Source: Heptranchias perlo (taxonomy: Eukaryota). Taken from it: a stretch of DNA of 64,000 nucleotides. Positions 35,320 to 47,908 of this stretch are shown piece by piece. Location: assembly GCF_035084215.1 (NCBI RefSeq), contig NC_090341.1, positions 16,926,001-16,990,000 on the forward strand, in the 5' to 3' direction. The notes beneath the pieces were generated by a model. It was given only the letters and a program-made list of their open reading frames with translations. It made no database searches and had not been told where the DNA came from. Position 1 is the first letter of the stretch. Every line of letters begins with the position of its first letter. The position numbers and the translations under genes are program-made.

Positions 35320-37056
35320 ATTATTTGGAGGCGGATGATGTGGGTATGGTTCTTAATGAATACTTTGCGTCTGTCTTCACAAAAGAGGGTGACGATGCAG
35401 AGATTGTAGTTAAGGAGGAGGAGTGTGACATATTGGATAGGATAAACATAGTGAGAGAGGAAGTATTAAGGGGATTAGCATCTTTGAAAGTAGATAAATC
35501 GCTAGGCCCGGATGAAATGTATCCTAGACTATTAAGAGAAGCAAGGGAGGAAATAGCAGAGGCTCTGACCATCATTTTTCAATCCTCCCTGGCTACATGC
35601 GAGGTACTGGAGGACTGCTAACGTTGTACCATTGTTTAAAAAGGGAGAAAGAGATAGACCGAATAATTATAGGCCAGTCAGTCTAACCTCAGTGGTGGGC
35701 AAATTATTGGAATCGATTCTGAGGGACAGCATAAATCGTCATTTAGAAAGGCACGGGTTAATCAAGGACAGTCAGCATGGATTTGTTAAGAGAAGGTCAT
35801 GTCCGACTAACTTGATTGAATTTTTTGAGCCGGGATCAAGGAGGGTCGATGAGGGTAACGCGTTTGACGTAGTGCACATGGATTTTAGCAAGGCTTTTGA
35901 CAAGGTTCCACATGGCAGACTGGTCAAAAAAGTAAAAGCCCATGGGATCCAAGAGAAAGTGGCTAGTTGGATCCAAAATTGGCTCAGTGGCAAGAAGCAA
36001 AGGGTAATGGTTGATGGGTGTTTTTGCGACTGGAAGGCTGTTTCCAGTGGGGTCCCGCACGGCTCAGTACTAAGTCCCTTGCTTTTAGTGGTATATATTA
36101 ATGATTTGGACTTGAATGTGGGAGGGCTTGACCAAGAAGTTTGCAGATGATACAAAAATTGGACGAGTGGTTGATAGTGAGGAGGAAAGCTGTAGACTGC
36201 CGGAAGGTATCAATGGACTGGTCAGGTGGGCAGAAAAGTGGCAAACGGAATTCAATCCAGAGACGTGTGAGGGAATGCATTTGGGGAGGGCAAACAAGGC
36301 AAGGGAGTACACAATAAATGGGAGGATACTGAGAGATGTAGAGGAACAAAGGGACCTTGGAGTGCATTTCCACAGATCCCTGAAGGTAGCAGTACAGGTA
36401 GATAAAGTGGTTAAAAAGACATACAGGATACTTTCCTTTATTAGCTGAGGCATAGAATATAAGAGCAGAGAGGTTATGCTAGAACTTTATAAAACATTGG
36501 TTAGGCCAGTTTGAGTACTGCGTACAGTTCTGGTCATCACATTACAGGAAAGATGTGATTGCACTAGAGAGGGTACAGAGGAGATTTACGAGGATGTTGC
36601 CAGGGCTGGAGAATTTTAGCTCTGAGAAAAGATTGGATAGGCTGGGGTTGTTTTCTTTGGAACAAAGAAGGCTGAGGGGAGATTTAATTGAGGTATATAA
36701 AATTATGACGGTACTAGAGTCGATAGGGAGGACCTATTTCCCTTAGCAGAGGGGTCAGTGACCGAGGGCATGGATTTAAAGTAATTGGTAGAAGGATTAG
36801 AGGGGAGCCGAGGAGAATTTTTTTTACCCAGAGGGTGGTGGGGGTCTGGAACTCACTGCCTGAAAGGGTGATAGAGGCAGAAACCCTCAACTCATTTAAA
36901 AAGTACTTGGATGTGCACTTGAAGTGCCTTAACCTACAGGGCGACAGACCAGGTGCTGGAAAGTGGGATTAAGCTGGATAGCTCTTTATCGGTCAGCATG
37001 GACATGATGGGCCGAATGGCCTCCTTCGGTGCTGTAACTTTCTATGATTCTATGAT
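35320..37056 (+). mobile_element. CR1 5'-truncated copy (RT to 3' tail)
   Basis: NYRPVSLT, DFSKAFDKVPH, FADDTK; tail TTCTATGATTCTATGAT. Confidence 0.93.
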
Positions 37057-37071
37057 ACTGTGACAATATTT

Positions 37072-37200
37072 TAGAATCATAGAAAGGTTACAGCACAGAA
37101 GGACACTATTCGGCCCATCGAGTCTGCGCCGGCTCTATGCAAGAGCAATCCAGCTAGTCCCACTCCCTGCCCTTTCCCTGTAGCCGTGGAGTGGGACTAG
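37072..37200 (-). mobile_element. CR1 3' tail fragment, tail-to-tail with the previous copy
   Basis: TAGAATCATAGAA...ATTCGGCCCATCGAG...CTAGTCCCACTCC. Confidence 0.8.
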
Positions 37201-38466
37201 TTTTTGATCGATACAGGTTTATTGTAGTCATAAAAAACTTAAAACAAGAATAATTTAGAATAATAAATTATCAACTAGGAGAATAAAGTCTGTATTTCTT
37301 CCAAGGTATGGAACAAGTTTTTGCGTATTTGTTTAATTTTTAAAAATCCTACTTGTTGGGAAGAAAATGGGGATTTGAAAAAGGTAGAGGTAGGAATGGG
37401 TACTTTTCTCTCTCTAAAGCTCACTGGAGTGGGCTGATAAAGCAATAAGGGAGAGTGACACCTAGAAACACAATGCTAAATAGTGAAGGATTAAGATCTG
37501 TATTTATTGTCCAAGTTAGATAGGCTGAATACATCTGCATTATTAATGTTTCTCAGCATTTTGAAGACTTGAATCATAACCCCTCTCAATGAAAACGAGT
37601 ACAGTTCTCGTAAAGGAAGTCCAATTCTATGAGAGTATAAGAAATGCCATCATGGTAAAGAAGAAAAAATGCACGAGAAAGAAGTATTGAAAACAACCTT
37701 TTATTCCAAAAACTACAGAAAGCTCTTATGGTAATTAAGGAAAACATCTCTACTGTAAACTGATTGAAGTTGAATTCATTACATTACTTTTCACTCTAAA
37801 ACACATTGATACCTCAAGTTGCAATTCTGGTGCCTTGACAACACAAGCCAGTCAAAGTGTGTAGAATCAGTGTTGTCTGCTGTGTGACCTTGCTATTGGG
37901 AAAGAGCTTCACTTCAAAATGATTGTGGACATAGAGGACAATGGACGCCAACTGCTTGCACAAGGAGACGATGAGGTAGTATTGGTTAGAGATAATCTTA
38001 TTGCCAGCTGTTTCAGCTAAGTCAATCTCCAGTGCCACGGTGAGAAGCTTCATAAACACATATGGACACATTGTGCCAACTTGCACTTACCTGAAACATT
38101 ACACAGACCAGTATATAATTTATTGCTGCAATTGTTACCTGCTATAGTAACATTTTTATTTTTCCTTTTGTTACACCAGAAACCAGTCTCATAATTTAAA
38201 CTTGCTGCCAAGTCAGAATTTTATGCAACAAATGAGACTAAAGAAAGATAATATTTTAAATCAATTTATTAAAGCTGCTTTTGCACAACGATTTACTGGA
38301 TGACCTCTGGCTGATAGATATGAAGGATGGATTTTCCAATTGGGCCTCCAATTGTACTTCGTGGCACAGTGCACTATTAGAACCTGCCTGACAGTTGGTG
38401 GGCTAACCCTGCCTAATTTTACAGGATCACCTTGATTTTTATAGTGAGGTTCCAACACATACTTCA

Positions 38467-39205
38467 CTTTTTTAAGTGGTGAAAAGTTAGGAACAGTGGA
38501 GGTCCAAAGAGATTTAGGGGTCCATGTACACAGATCACTAAAATGTCAGGTACAAAAGATAATCAAAACGGCTAATGGAATATTAGCCTTTATAATTAGA
38601 GGGCTAGAATGTAAAGGGGAGGAAGTTTTGCTACAGCTATACAAAGCCCTGGTTAGACCACATCTGGAGTACTCTGTACAATTCTGGGCACCGCATCTTA
38701 GAAAGGATATATTGGCCTTGGAAGGAGTGCAGCGCAGATTCACCAGAATGTTACCAGGGCTCCAAGGGTTAGATTATGAGGAGAGATTACATAAACCAGG
38801 CTTGTATTCCCTGGAATATAGAAAGTTTAGGGGTGATTTGATTGAGGATTTTGAGAGGAATTGGTAGGGTAGATAGAGAAACACTTTTTCCACTGGCGGG
38901 GGAGTCTAGGACAAGGGAACATAACCTTAAAATCAGAGCCGGGCCATTCAGGAGAGAAGTTAGAAAATACTTCTTCACACAAAGGGTGGTAGAAGTGTGA
39001 AACTCTCTCCCACAAAAAGCAGCAGATGTTAGCTCAATTAATCATTGTAAATCTGAAATAGATAGATTTTTTCTAGCCAAGGGTATTAAGGGATATGGAG
39101 CCAAGGCGGGTGGATGGAGTTAGGATACAGATTAGCCATGATCTCACTGGATGGCGGAACAGGCTTGAGGGGCTGAATGGCCTACTTCTGTTCCTATGTT
39201 CCTAT
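38467..39205 (+). mobile_element. CR1 3' fragment
   Basis: LYKALVRPHLEYSVQFWAPHLRKDI; tail TTCCTATGTTCCTAT. Confidence 0.9.
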
Positions 39206-40451
39206 ACTCGCCCTGGCTTTGGGAGCTCACCAAAAGAGAGCAGGAAATCACATGCTATCAGCCCTTAAAGAGCTGCTTACAAGTTGATGAGGAAATCTAA
39301 AGGAATGAGGTCGCTTAAAGGTAAGTGGCCACATATACAGACAAATTATTAGTTGCTCTTACAAAGGCTTCTGTTACTTTTAATGTATACTTCATCCTTG
39401 GCAAAGGTTGTTTTGTAACAAATATGCCTAGCTGAACCCAGTGGCTGGCACAATAGATGTGAAGATACAAAATAGTTTTTGATCAAGTGATGGAGCGCGC
39501 ACCACTCCAGCCTAATGTTTGATGGATCTCAAGTGGAAGTGATGCAGAATGCAATGGTAGTAAGAAGGGAGATCCTGCTTGCCACTCTGAGGCAATAGCA
39601 TTGTAGCATGTCTGGAAGGAGGTGAAGGAAGCGGATTTGAGGGAACAGCTGACTATTACTACCACTGGCAGTGCCACCCCTGGTGCATGTAAGCAACAGC
39701 TGTCCTTCCAGTAGATGTCACAGCTCTACATCTGTCTGACTGTTAACCCGGTGTTTGTATTACTCGGTCTCTATGGCCATTGCCAGGTAGGTTGAGCTCT
39801 GCTTATAAATGTGGTTGGGAGGATGTTGGCAGATGTGCATGGTTTGCCTCTGATGCACCTGATTTGACTGGCATCCCTGTATTGCACCTCCTCTTCTCCC
39901 ACCAAAGAACATAAGTAAAGGGGGAATTCCCATTGAGGAACTTATTGTTCCCAATAATGTGATGTTCCAGAAAATGGCAGTGTGAGAATACTTAGCACAA
40001 AGCCTCCTGACCAACTAAATGAAAACAGCAAAAAACAAAATAAAACAAGCAAAAAGGTTCAGACTAGCTTCAGAATGCTGCTATAAATCTTACTGTAGGG
40101 CTCTTTCATGCACTTCCATTTACAGTGCACCCCAGTAACCCTGCACTGTCATTTTATATGGCTGGGTAAATGACTGAGTGCTATACTGTAAATGCTGGAA
40201 AATTGTATGGACATCTAAATGACGTAATTGAGGCCTAATTTTAACTGAAAACTGACAGGTGCTTCTGGTACCAGTATAAAACCCAACTGGAACATTGGAT
40301 GGTATGTTAAACGATTGGAAATATGGCATAATGGATCTACCCATTTTCTGATTGGTTTTCCCTGCTATACACCTGTTAGTTGGGCATAACTGATCTGAAA
40401 ATCTACCTTAAAGTTTCCAATAAACACATAAGGATTGATGACCAGTTTATT

Positions 40452-40645
40452 TCATAGAGGGGTCAAAAGGTACATTTCCTGCTTCTTAAGATGGCTCCAC
40501 AATGTTGATTCATTAAACATGCTATGATTCACGAACAGTAGGTATCGCAGAGCAATTGTTTTATTAAAACCTTTAATGGCTAAGGTGTCTAAAATGTAGC
40601 CATACTGCTTTTCCTCCTGAAATCCCATGTCCACCTCTTTCGTGT
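40452..40645 (-). other. Candidate exon of an unidentified gene
   Basis: Strong acceptor TTTTTATACTTTCCAG followed by open frame TKEVDMGFQEEKQYGYILDTLAIKGFNKT...; no clear donor. Confidence 0.2.
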
Positions 40646-41365
40646 CTGGAAAGTATAAAAACTATGAACAAGTTAACATTTAATCATACAATGTCTTGCA
40701 TTTAAAATTTACAAATATGTAAAATCAATACACCTTTAATGAGATTTACACTAGTTACTTCAGAAGCATTAACACTTGAGGGTTTTCTTGGCGCAGAAGG
40801 GATGCTATTGCCTGGCACAGAAATTAAAATTATTTATAAATGAGTTTGTATTCTAAATACAGCTCTTATTCTTCATTTATCACTTAAGAATGTTTCAACT
40901 CGGTTAACTTATAAATACATTCCAAATTGTGGTGACATCTTTTAGTGACTGCTTTGATCATTTTATCTTCCATATAAGCTTGAATTTATGATCTTGAACA
41001 CAAATGGAAATATAAGAATAACACAGACACGTTAATCAACAATATTGGAAGTTTCAGCATTACAAATTTACAGAAACTTATTGTGAAACCTGCTTATAAA
41101 AAACTCCTGATTACCACAATAATGTACTAATAAGAGAATTTATCAAGCTAAGAGCTGACAGTTGCACTCATATGTGAAAATTTTCCCTATAATGGACTCT
41201 CATTCTAAGGATTCACTGTACATGGCCAAAAATTATATTGCAATCTTTTACAAAGTAATTATTTTTGTAATTATTTCCTAGTCTACTCCCTTCCCCAAAG
41301 TTAGCCCTTACATATCTGTACCATGTCCTTCAGTTGGGAGAGTGGGGTGGTTCTGCCCCATTGTT

Positions 41366-41589
41366 TTTTTTTTTTTTTGACACTCTGGGGTGCCTTATTG
41401 CCTTACAGATTCATTCCAGATTCCTTGCAGTGACATTACATCAAGCCAAAGCTCTACAAGCCAAAGCTCTACACTCTGCCCGAGGGGATTTCTCCCTGAC
41501 TGCATCCCCCCGGCATACAATGGCAGGAAGGCTCCAAATGGTTGCCTTCCCCCACTTGACCACTTGATCTTAGCCAAAAGGCCGAGAAG
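41366..41589 (-). mobile_element. U2 snRNA-headed poly(A) retroposon (SINEU-like or U2 chimera)
   Basis: U2 nt 5-33 at the 5' end, about 180 nt body, poly(A) tail, and 17 bp TSD GGTTCTGCCCCATTGTT (41349-41365 and 41589-41605). Confidence 0.88.
41561..41589 (-). ncRNA. U2 snRNA 5' fragment (not a functional gene)
   Basis: CTTCTCGGCCTTTTGGCTAAGATCAAGTG matches vertebrate U2 nt 5-33 as recalled. Confidence 0.9.
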
Positions 41590-41605
41590 GTTCTGCCCCA
41601 TTGTT

Positions 41606-41908
41606 GTTCCTTAGTTGCATACAAAAGATTAGTGAGATGTTAGGTGCTATGCCTCATGGTCACTGTGGTCTCCTGGAACTTCTTTTGATCACCTTCGGGG
41701 GGTGGGGGGAGTCAGAGAGGAATTATGCAGAATTTTTTTTTTTTGGCTTAGGGTTTTTTAAAATCTGTTTTTTTGCCTCTCCTGGGAGATTACATGACTG
41801 CTGGTGGGTGGGAGCATTAGGGATCATGATGCTTAATTGCAATATGACTGTATGGGAATGGCTGGATGGACCAGCTGGTCTTTTCCTGTCTGTCATTTTT
41901 ATATGTTT
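41606..41908 (+). repeat. Repeat with a CR1-like 3' tail hosting the U2-headed insertion
   Basis: Ends in GGCTGGATGGACCAGCTGGTCTTTTCCTGTC...TATGTT, resembling a CR1-type terminal hairpin. Confidence 0.45.
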
Positions 41909-42579
41909 AACCATGAATGGTAAGAAAATCAGTCATCAAAAAAAACTAACCACCTTTTGAATACTTCAATTTAATCATTCTATATTCCAATTGGTAGCAA
42001 CCTATTCACAAAAATTTAGCTCATGGTTTATTAAACTTATAACTCTGTACTGTAATATTCCTTCCTATTCTGGTTTTGTCGATACCTTTCTGAATCAACA
42101 CTATCGATTGCCCACACCATTTTAAAAACTCGTACATCTCCCCTTAATCTTCTTTATACCAAAAGAATCAATTTAGCTTTTGTAGTCCATCTTCATAGCT
42201 TAGTGACCTAAAACCTGAAATCTCTTTGTTGCCCATTTTGGAAACCTTTTGCTACTTCTAACACAACTTCACCAAACACCCCATGTACCATTTTATTGAA
42301 GCTTTATAAGATGCCAATATCAATTCTTTAAACTGGTGTTCTCTGGATCTATTTATACATCCAACATTTTATTTTCCTTTTCAATTGTTGACACAACACT
42401 GGTCAGTTTATTATACCTGGATCAACTTTGGCTAGACGAATGTTTCTCTAAAAATCGTTCAGTACATGGGTATGATGAGTGCATTTCAGGACGAGGATGC
42501 GACACTGTGCTACTTTTAGTGATAACAATGTACAAGGTTGTGATATCTGTACTACTTTTAGTAGTAACAATGAACAAGG

Positions 42580-43235
42580 AGAAAACTTTCAGAATTAAAC
42601 CAGTCAGTGTTAATAACCGTTCGTTTGACTTGCACTTGCCCATAAACTTACCTGGGATTTTGCACGGCAAGTTCCTCTCATGGGGTCCTCAATCCAGTGT
42701 GGCGCCCCTCTCTCGGGCATCTGGGACCTGTGTGTATGGGGCAAGCAACTGTGTATCTCCTTAACCAATCAGATTGAAACATCGTTAATGAGCAGCACAG
42801 AGTCAGAACCAGGAAGTGTAAGATAGAATGGTGAATTCAATGTCAATTCAGGTACAGAAAGCAAAATAAAGAGAGGGGAAGAAATATTGAATTAAAAAAC
42901 AGAGATAAAAGAGACAGAGTTGTTTGGCAGTCATTAAGATTTACCACGCCGTTAGACTTAAAATGACTTGACGTACCTTTTCTTGGCTCGATTAGTTCAC
43001 ATCCATCAGGTCAGTGCAGGAACTACATGCTGTTCCTTTCATTTGAATGGGGATCCAGCCGGGGAGATGTCGTTCTCGCGGAGCTTACGGAGGAGGGTCA
43101 CGTGCGATACAGCAACTTCCGGATTTCCGCGTTTGACTGAGCATGTGCAGTCATCGGAAGTTTCTGTCTGATTTGCACAGAAATAACGGTGAGCGCTGTT
43201 AGTCTTGGCGTTATTTTTACAGCAAAATCCGGCCC
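42580..43235. mobile_element. Probable non-autonomous DNA transposon relic
   Basis: Right end CAGCAAAATCCGGCCC (GGGCCGGATTTT-type terminus) and CpG-richer non-coding body. Left terminus unclear. Confidence 0.35.
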
Positions 43236-43439
43236 AATGTGTAAGAAGGACAGGCTCCATTTGGGCCTTATTGGCAACAAAGATGAAATTTGATCCATTT
43301 AAACTAGACATAGAGAAGAGGGAAGAAAAGAATCAAGGCTGTGAATTGGAAACAGCAAGGCATGAAATGATGTATGTAAAAACTAATGGAGGAAAGAAAG
43401 ATGAAAACTTTTGAGGAAAGCAACAAAATGAGCAATGGA

Positions 43440-44520
43440 AAAAATAGAAAAATTAAAGGGCATTTTTACTAATGAAGGATTGAGATGATAAAGTGGAGTC
43501 CTTTTCAGTCAATGGAGATTTAAATATAACTGATATTACTGAAACATGTATTAAACTAGAAATTGGAAAGAATATACAATTAGGAGGGTTGAGAACGTCC
43601 AGAAAGGACAGGCTGTGTAAGGTGGGGGAAAATAATGTTGCATTAAGGTACATATATCATTTACAGACATTTTGGCAGAATCAATTTGTGAGCAACATAG
43701 ATATGGTAGGAGAGCAAAGATATTAATTAACAACTCTTTTAGGCTGACATGGAAATGCTTAGGCAGATAAAGGAAGCTACTGGGAAAAATAGAGGTGTGA
43801 TCATAGATGATTTCAGTTACCTAAACTATTCTCTTTATTTCTCTTTCATGCCGGGCAGCACAAGGCAACCTGTTTCACTGCTTTTTTATATCCGGCGGAT
43901 CATGCTCTGGGTTGTTTCTGTAATAAAGATCCAGATCTTTTGCCCAACTCATAACTCCCTACCATGATGGGGAATTGCCATTCCACTCCCATCGGACGTG
44001 AGTATCCCACTGCATGCCAATCGGAAATTGTGTCTCCACTCATCAGGGCTGTCTGGAGTGGAGCTCAAATCCATAACCTTCCAACCCAGAGGTGGGAAAG
44101 CTATCAGTGAGCCAACCTTACCCAGCTATTAAATGGACAAACATGGACTTCCTCAAAGAAATGGAAATCAATTCGATGAGGTAACTAAAGACTATTTCTT
44201 AACAAAACATGTGAGTCAGGGCACTGGATCTATTATTCAGCAATGACCAAGCATTGATAAGTAACTTAGTTCTGAAAGAATTACTTAGGCTCCAGTAATC
44301 ATAAAGTAGTTAGATTTTACATTATGAGGGCAAGTGTCAGAAATAACAAGTAGGGGTTATGGACTTTAGAAATGGAACTAGGAAAGGTGAGTTGAGAAAT
44401 TTATCAACAGGAAAACAACTAAGACTAATTAGTTTTCCTTCGAAGGAATATTGTGGACTTAAAGTTATTCTAGTGAGACACAATAGATAATACCTAAACT
44501 ATTCTGGAGATTTGCTTAAT
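43440..44520 (+). mobile_element. Old CR1 endonuclease-region relic, interrupted by a SINE
   Basis: ITETCIK...RKDR, VIIDDFSYLN, LDLLFSN, GSSNHKVVRF remnants. Confidence 0.6.
43830..44118 (-). mobile_element. tRNA-derived SINE-like insertion
   Basis: Reverse complement starts TGGCTCACTGATAGC...GGATTTGAGCTCCACTCCAG (degenerate A and B boxes) and splits the CR1 relic. Confidence 0.5.
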
Positions 44521-44544
44521 TATCTTGATTATGTATACGGGGTA

Positions 44545-46535
44545 TACGGGGCAAGATAAAGCAGAAAAAGAAAGCTTATGACTGTCACAGAAAACGAAAT
44601 ACTGCAGAAAGCCTAGAGGAGTATAGAAAGTACAGGGATTACGGAAGAAAGGAAAGCAAAGAGAGGGCATGAAAAAATATTAGCTAGTAAGATTAAAGAA
44701 AACCCAAAGATGTATTATCAATACATTAAGAACAAAAGGATAGCTAAGGAAAAGGTGGGACCTGTCAGGGATGATAAGGGTAACTTATGTGTAGAAGCAG
44801 AGGATGTGGGTAGGGTTTTAAATGAATATTTTGTCTCCGTATTCACAAAGGAAAGGGATGATCTGGACGTAGTAGTTAAAGAGGAGAGGAGTGAAATATT
44901 GGATAAGGTAAACATAACGAGAGAGGAATTACTAGAGGGACTGGAATCCTTGAAAGTTGATAAGTCACCAGGGCTGGATAGATTGTTTCCGAGGCTATTG
45001 AAGGAAGCCAGGGAGGAAATAATGGATGCTCTGAGGATCATTTTCCAATCCTCAGCAGATACAGGGGAGGTACCAGAGGACTGGAAGACTGCAAATGTAG
45101 TACCATTGTTTAAAAAGGGTACGAGGGAAAGGCCAAACAATTATAGGCCGGTCAGTCTTACCTCGGTGGTGGGCAAACTATTAGAATCAATACTGAGAGA
45201 TAGGATAAACTGTCACTTGGATAGGCATGGTTTAATCAGAGATAGTGAGCATGGATTTGTAGGGAAGGTCATGCCTTACAAATCTGATTGAATTCTTTGA
45301 GGAAGTGACAAGGGGGAACGATGAGGGTAGTGCCGTGGATGTTGTCTACATGGATTTTAGTAAGGCATTTGACAAGGTCACACATGGCAGACTGGTCAGA
45401 AAGGTAAAAGCCCATGGGATACAGGGAAATGTGGCGAATTGGATCCCAAATTTGCTCAGTAACAGGAAACAAAGGGTAAAAGTCGATGGATGTCTTTGCG
45501 AATGGAAATCCGTTTCCAGTGGTGTACCACAGGGCTCAGTGTTGGGTCCCTTGCTGTTTGTGACATATATTAATGATTTGGACTTGAATGTAGGGGGCAT
45601 GATTGGCAAATTTGCAGACGACACAAAAATTGGCGAAGAGGATAGCTGTAGACTCCAAGAAGATATCAATGGGTTCGTGGAGTAGGCGGAAAAGTGGCAA
45701 ATGGAGTTCAACCTGGAGAAGTGTGAGGTAATGCACTTAGGGAGGGCAAACAGTAAAGGGAATACACAGTAAACGGGAATATATTGAGAGGGGTAGAGGA
45801 AGTGAGAGACCTTGGAGTGCATGTGCACAGGTCCCTGAAAGTGGCAGTACAGGTAGATAAGGTTGTGAAGAAGGCATATGGAATGCTCTCCGTTAATAGC
45901 CGAGGTATAAAATACAAAAGCAGGGATGTAATAATGGAACTGTATAAAACGCTGGTAAGGCCACAGCTGGAGTATTGTGTGCAGTTCTGGTCACCACATT
46001 ACAGGAAGGACATAATTGCTCTGGAGAGAGTGCAGAGAAGATTTACAAGAATGTTGCCAGGGCTTGAAAATTGCAGCTACGAGGAGAGATTGGATAGGCT
46101 GGGGTTGTTTTCCTTGGAGCAGAGGAGGCTGAGGGAAGACTTGATTGAGGTGTACTAAATTATGAGGGACCTAGATAGAGTAGACAGGAAGTACCTGTTT
46201 CCCCTAGCGGAGAGTTCAAGAACTAGAGGACATAGATTTAAGCTGATTGGCGGAAGGATTAGAGGGGACATGAGGAAAAACTTTTTGACCCAGAGGGTGG
46301 TGGATGTATGGAATTCGCTGCCTGAATTGGTGGTAGAGGCAAAGACCCTCAACTCTTTTAAAAAGTACCTGGACTTGCACCTAAAGTGCTGTAAGCTGCA
46401 GGGCTATGGACCGGGTGCTGGAAGGTGGGATCAGAATGGGCACCTGGTTGTTCTTCGAGCCGGCGCAGACATGATGGGCTGAATGGCCCCTTTCTGTGCT
46501 GTATCTTTTCTATGGTTCTATTCTACGGTTCTACG
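44545..46535 (+). mobile_element. CR1 5'-truncated copy
   Basis: ORF fragments 44710-46482 with RT motifs; tail TTCTATGGTTCTATTCTACGGTTCTAC. Confidence 0.93.
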
Positions 46536-46740
46536 TGAAGGAGAATGGACTAATTTATCACAGAAAATGATTGAGGCAGAGACTATTGCATCTTTTAAGA
46601 GAAAATTGGATAAATATTTGAAGCAGAGGAAGACATAGGGCTATTTGGGGAGCAAATAGTGCGATTCGTTTTGGATTGCCCTTCAAAGAGACATGACAGG
46701 CTGACTGTCCTCCTTCGGTGTTTAAACTTTGATTGTTCTA
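46536..46740 (+). mobile_element. Older CR1 3' end relic
   Basis: WTNLSQKMIEAETIASFKRKLDKYLKQ. Confidence 0.65.
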
Positions 46741-47004
46741 TCTTCTAGGATCTGGGAGCATTTGTGCAGAATGTTTCATCAGAAAATAGACAGGTGCAGT
46801 AGTGCCCATGATAGGGTTGATTGTATATGATATCTGGAAGGAGCAGGCTTAGTGCCTTCTTCCATTCCATGTTTTCTATGTTTTTATATCAAGCCCATGC
46901 AAGTTACACTAACTCCACATAAGTCACTGGCAAGAGCCTAAGTTGAATATTTTACCCATTTCTTCTTAACTTACCTCCTTTCATATTGATTCAGTTAATG
47001 CAAT

Positions 47005-47908
47005 AACTCACCACCACCTCCCTCGACTCATCCATTGTCTCTGATTTGTCACACTGCTTGTCCAACATCCAGTACTGGATGAGCAAAAATTTCCACCATC
47101 TAAATATTGGGAAGAACAAAGCCATCGTCTTTGGTCCCCACCACAAACTCCATTCCCTAGCCACCGACTCCAGCTCTCTCACTGGCCACTATCTGAAGCT
47201 GAACCAGACCTTTTGCAACCTTGGTGTCCTATTTCACCCTGAGATGGGCTTCTAATCAAATATCTGCTCCATTACCAAGACTGCCAACTTCCACCTCTGT
47301 AACATCGCCTGTCTCTGCTCCTGCCTCAGCTCATCTGCTGCTGAAACCCTCATCCATGCCTTTGTTACCTCTAGACTTAACTATTCCAATGCTTTCCTGG
47401 CTGGCCTCCCATCTTCCACCCTCCAGAAACTTGAGCTCATCCAAAACTTTGCTGCCTGTATCCTAACTCGCAGCAAGTCCCGTTCACCCATCGCTGACTG
47501 TGATTGGCTCCCGGTCCGAGAACGCCTTGATTTTAAAATCCTCATTCTTGTTTTCAAATCCCTCTATGGCTTCACCCCTCCTTATCTCTGTAACCTCCTC
47601 TAGCCCTAAAACCCACCGAGAACTTTGCGCTCCTCCAATTCTTGCATCTTGCGCATCCCCGATTTTAATCACTCCACCATTGGTGGTCGTGCCTAGGTCT
47701 TAAGCTCTGGAATTCCACCCCCAAACCTTTCTGCCTCTCTCTCCTCCTTTAAGACGCTCCTTAAAACCTACCTCTTTGACCAAGCTTTGGGTAACCTGTC
47801 GTAATATCTCCTTATGTTTCTCAAATTTTGTTTGATAATGCTCCTGTGAAGTGCCTTGGGACATTTTACTATGTTAAAGGTGCTGAATAAATGCAAGTTG
47901 TTGTTGTT
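47005..47908 (+). mobile_element. L2 LINE 3' fragment
   Basis: CLSNIQYWMSKNFHHLNIGK, LIHAFVTSRLNYSNAFLAGLP, SFKTLLKTYLF; tail TAAATGCAAGTTGTTGTTGTT. Confidence 0.9.

Noticed and set aside
41561-41589. Functional U2 snRNA gene
   Set aside because: Only 29 nt, with no Sm site or 3' stem-loops, and embedded in a TSD-flanked retrocopy.
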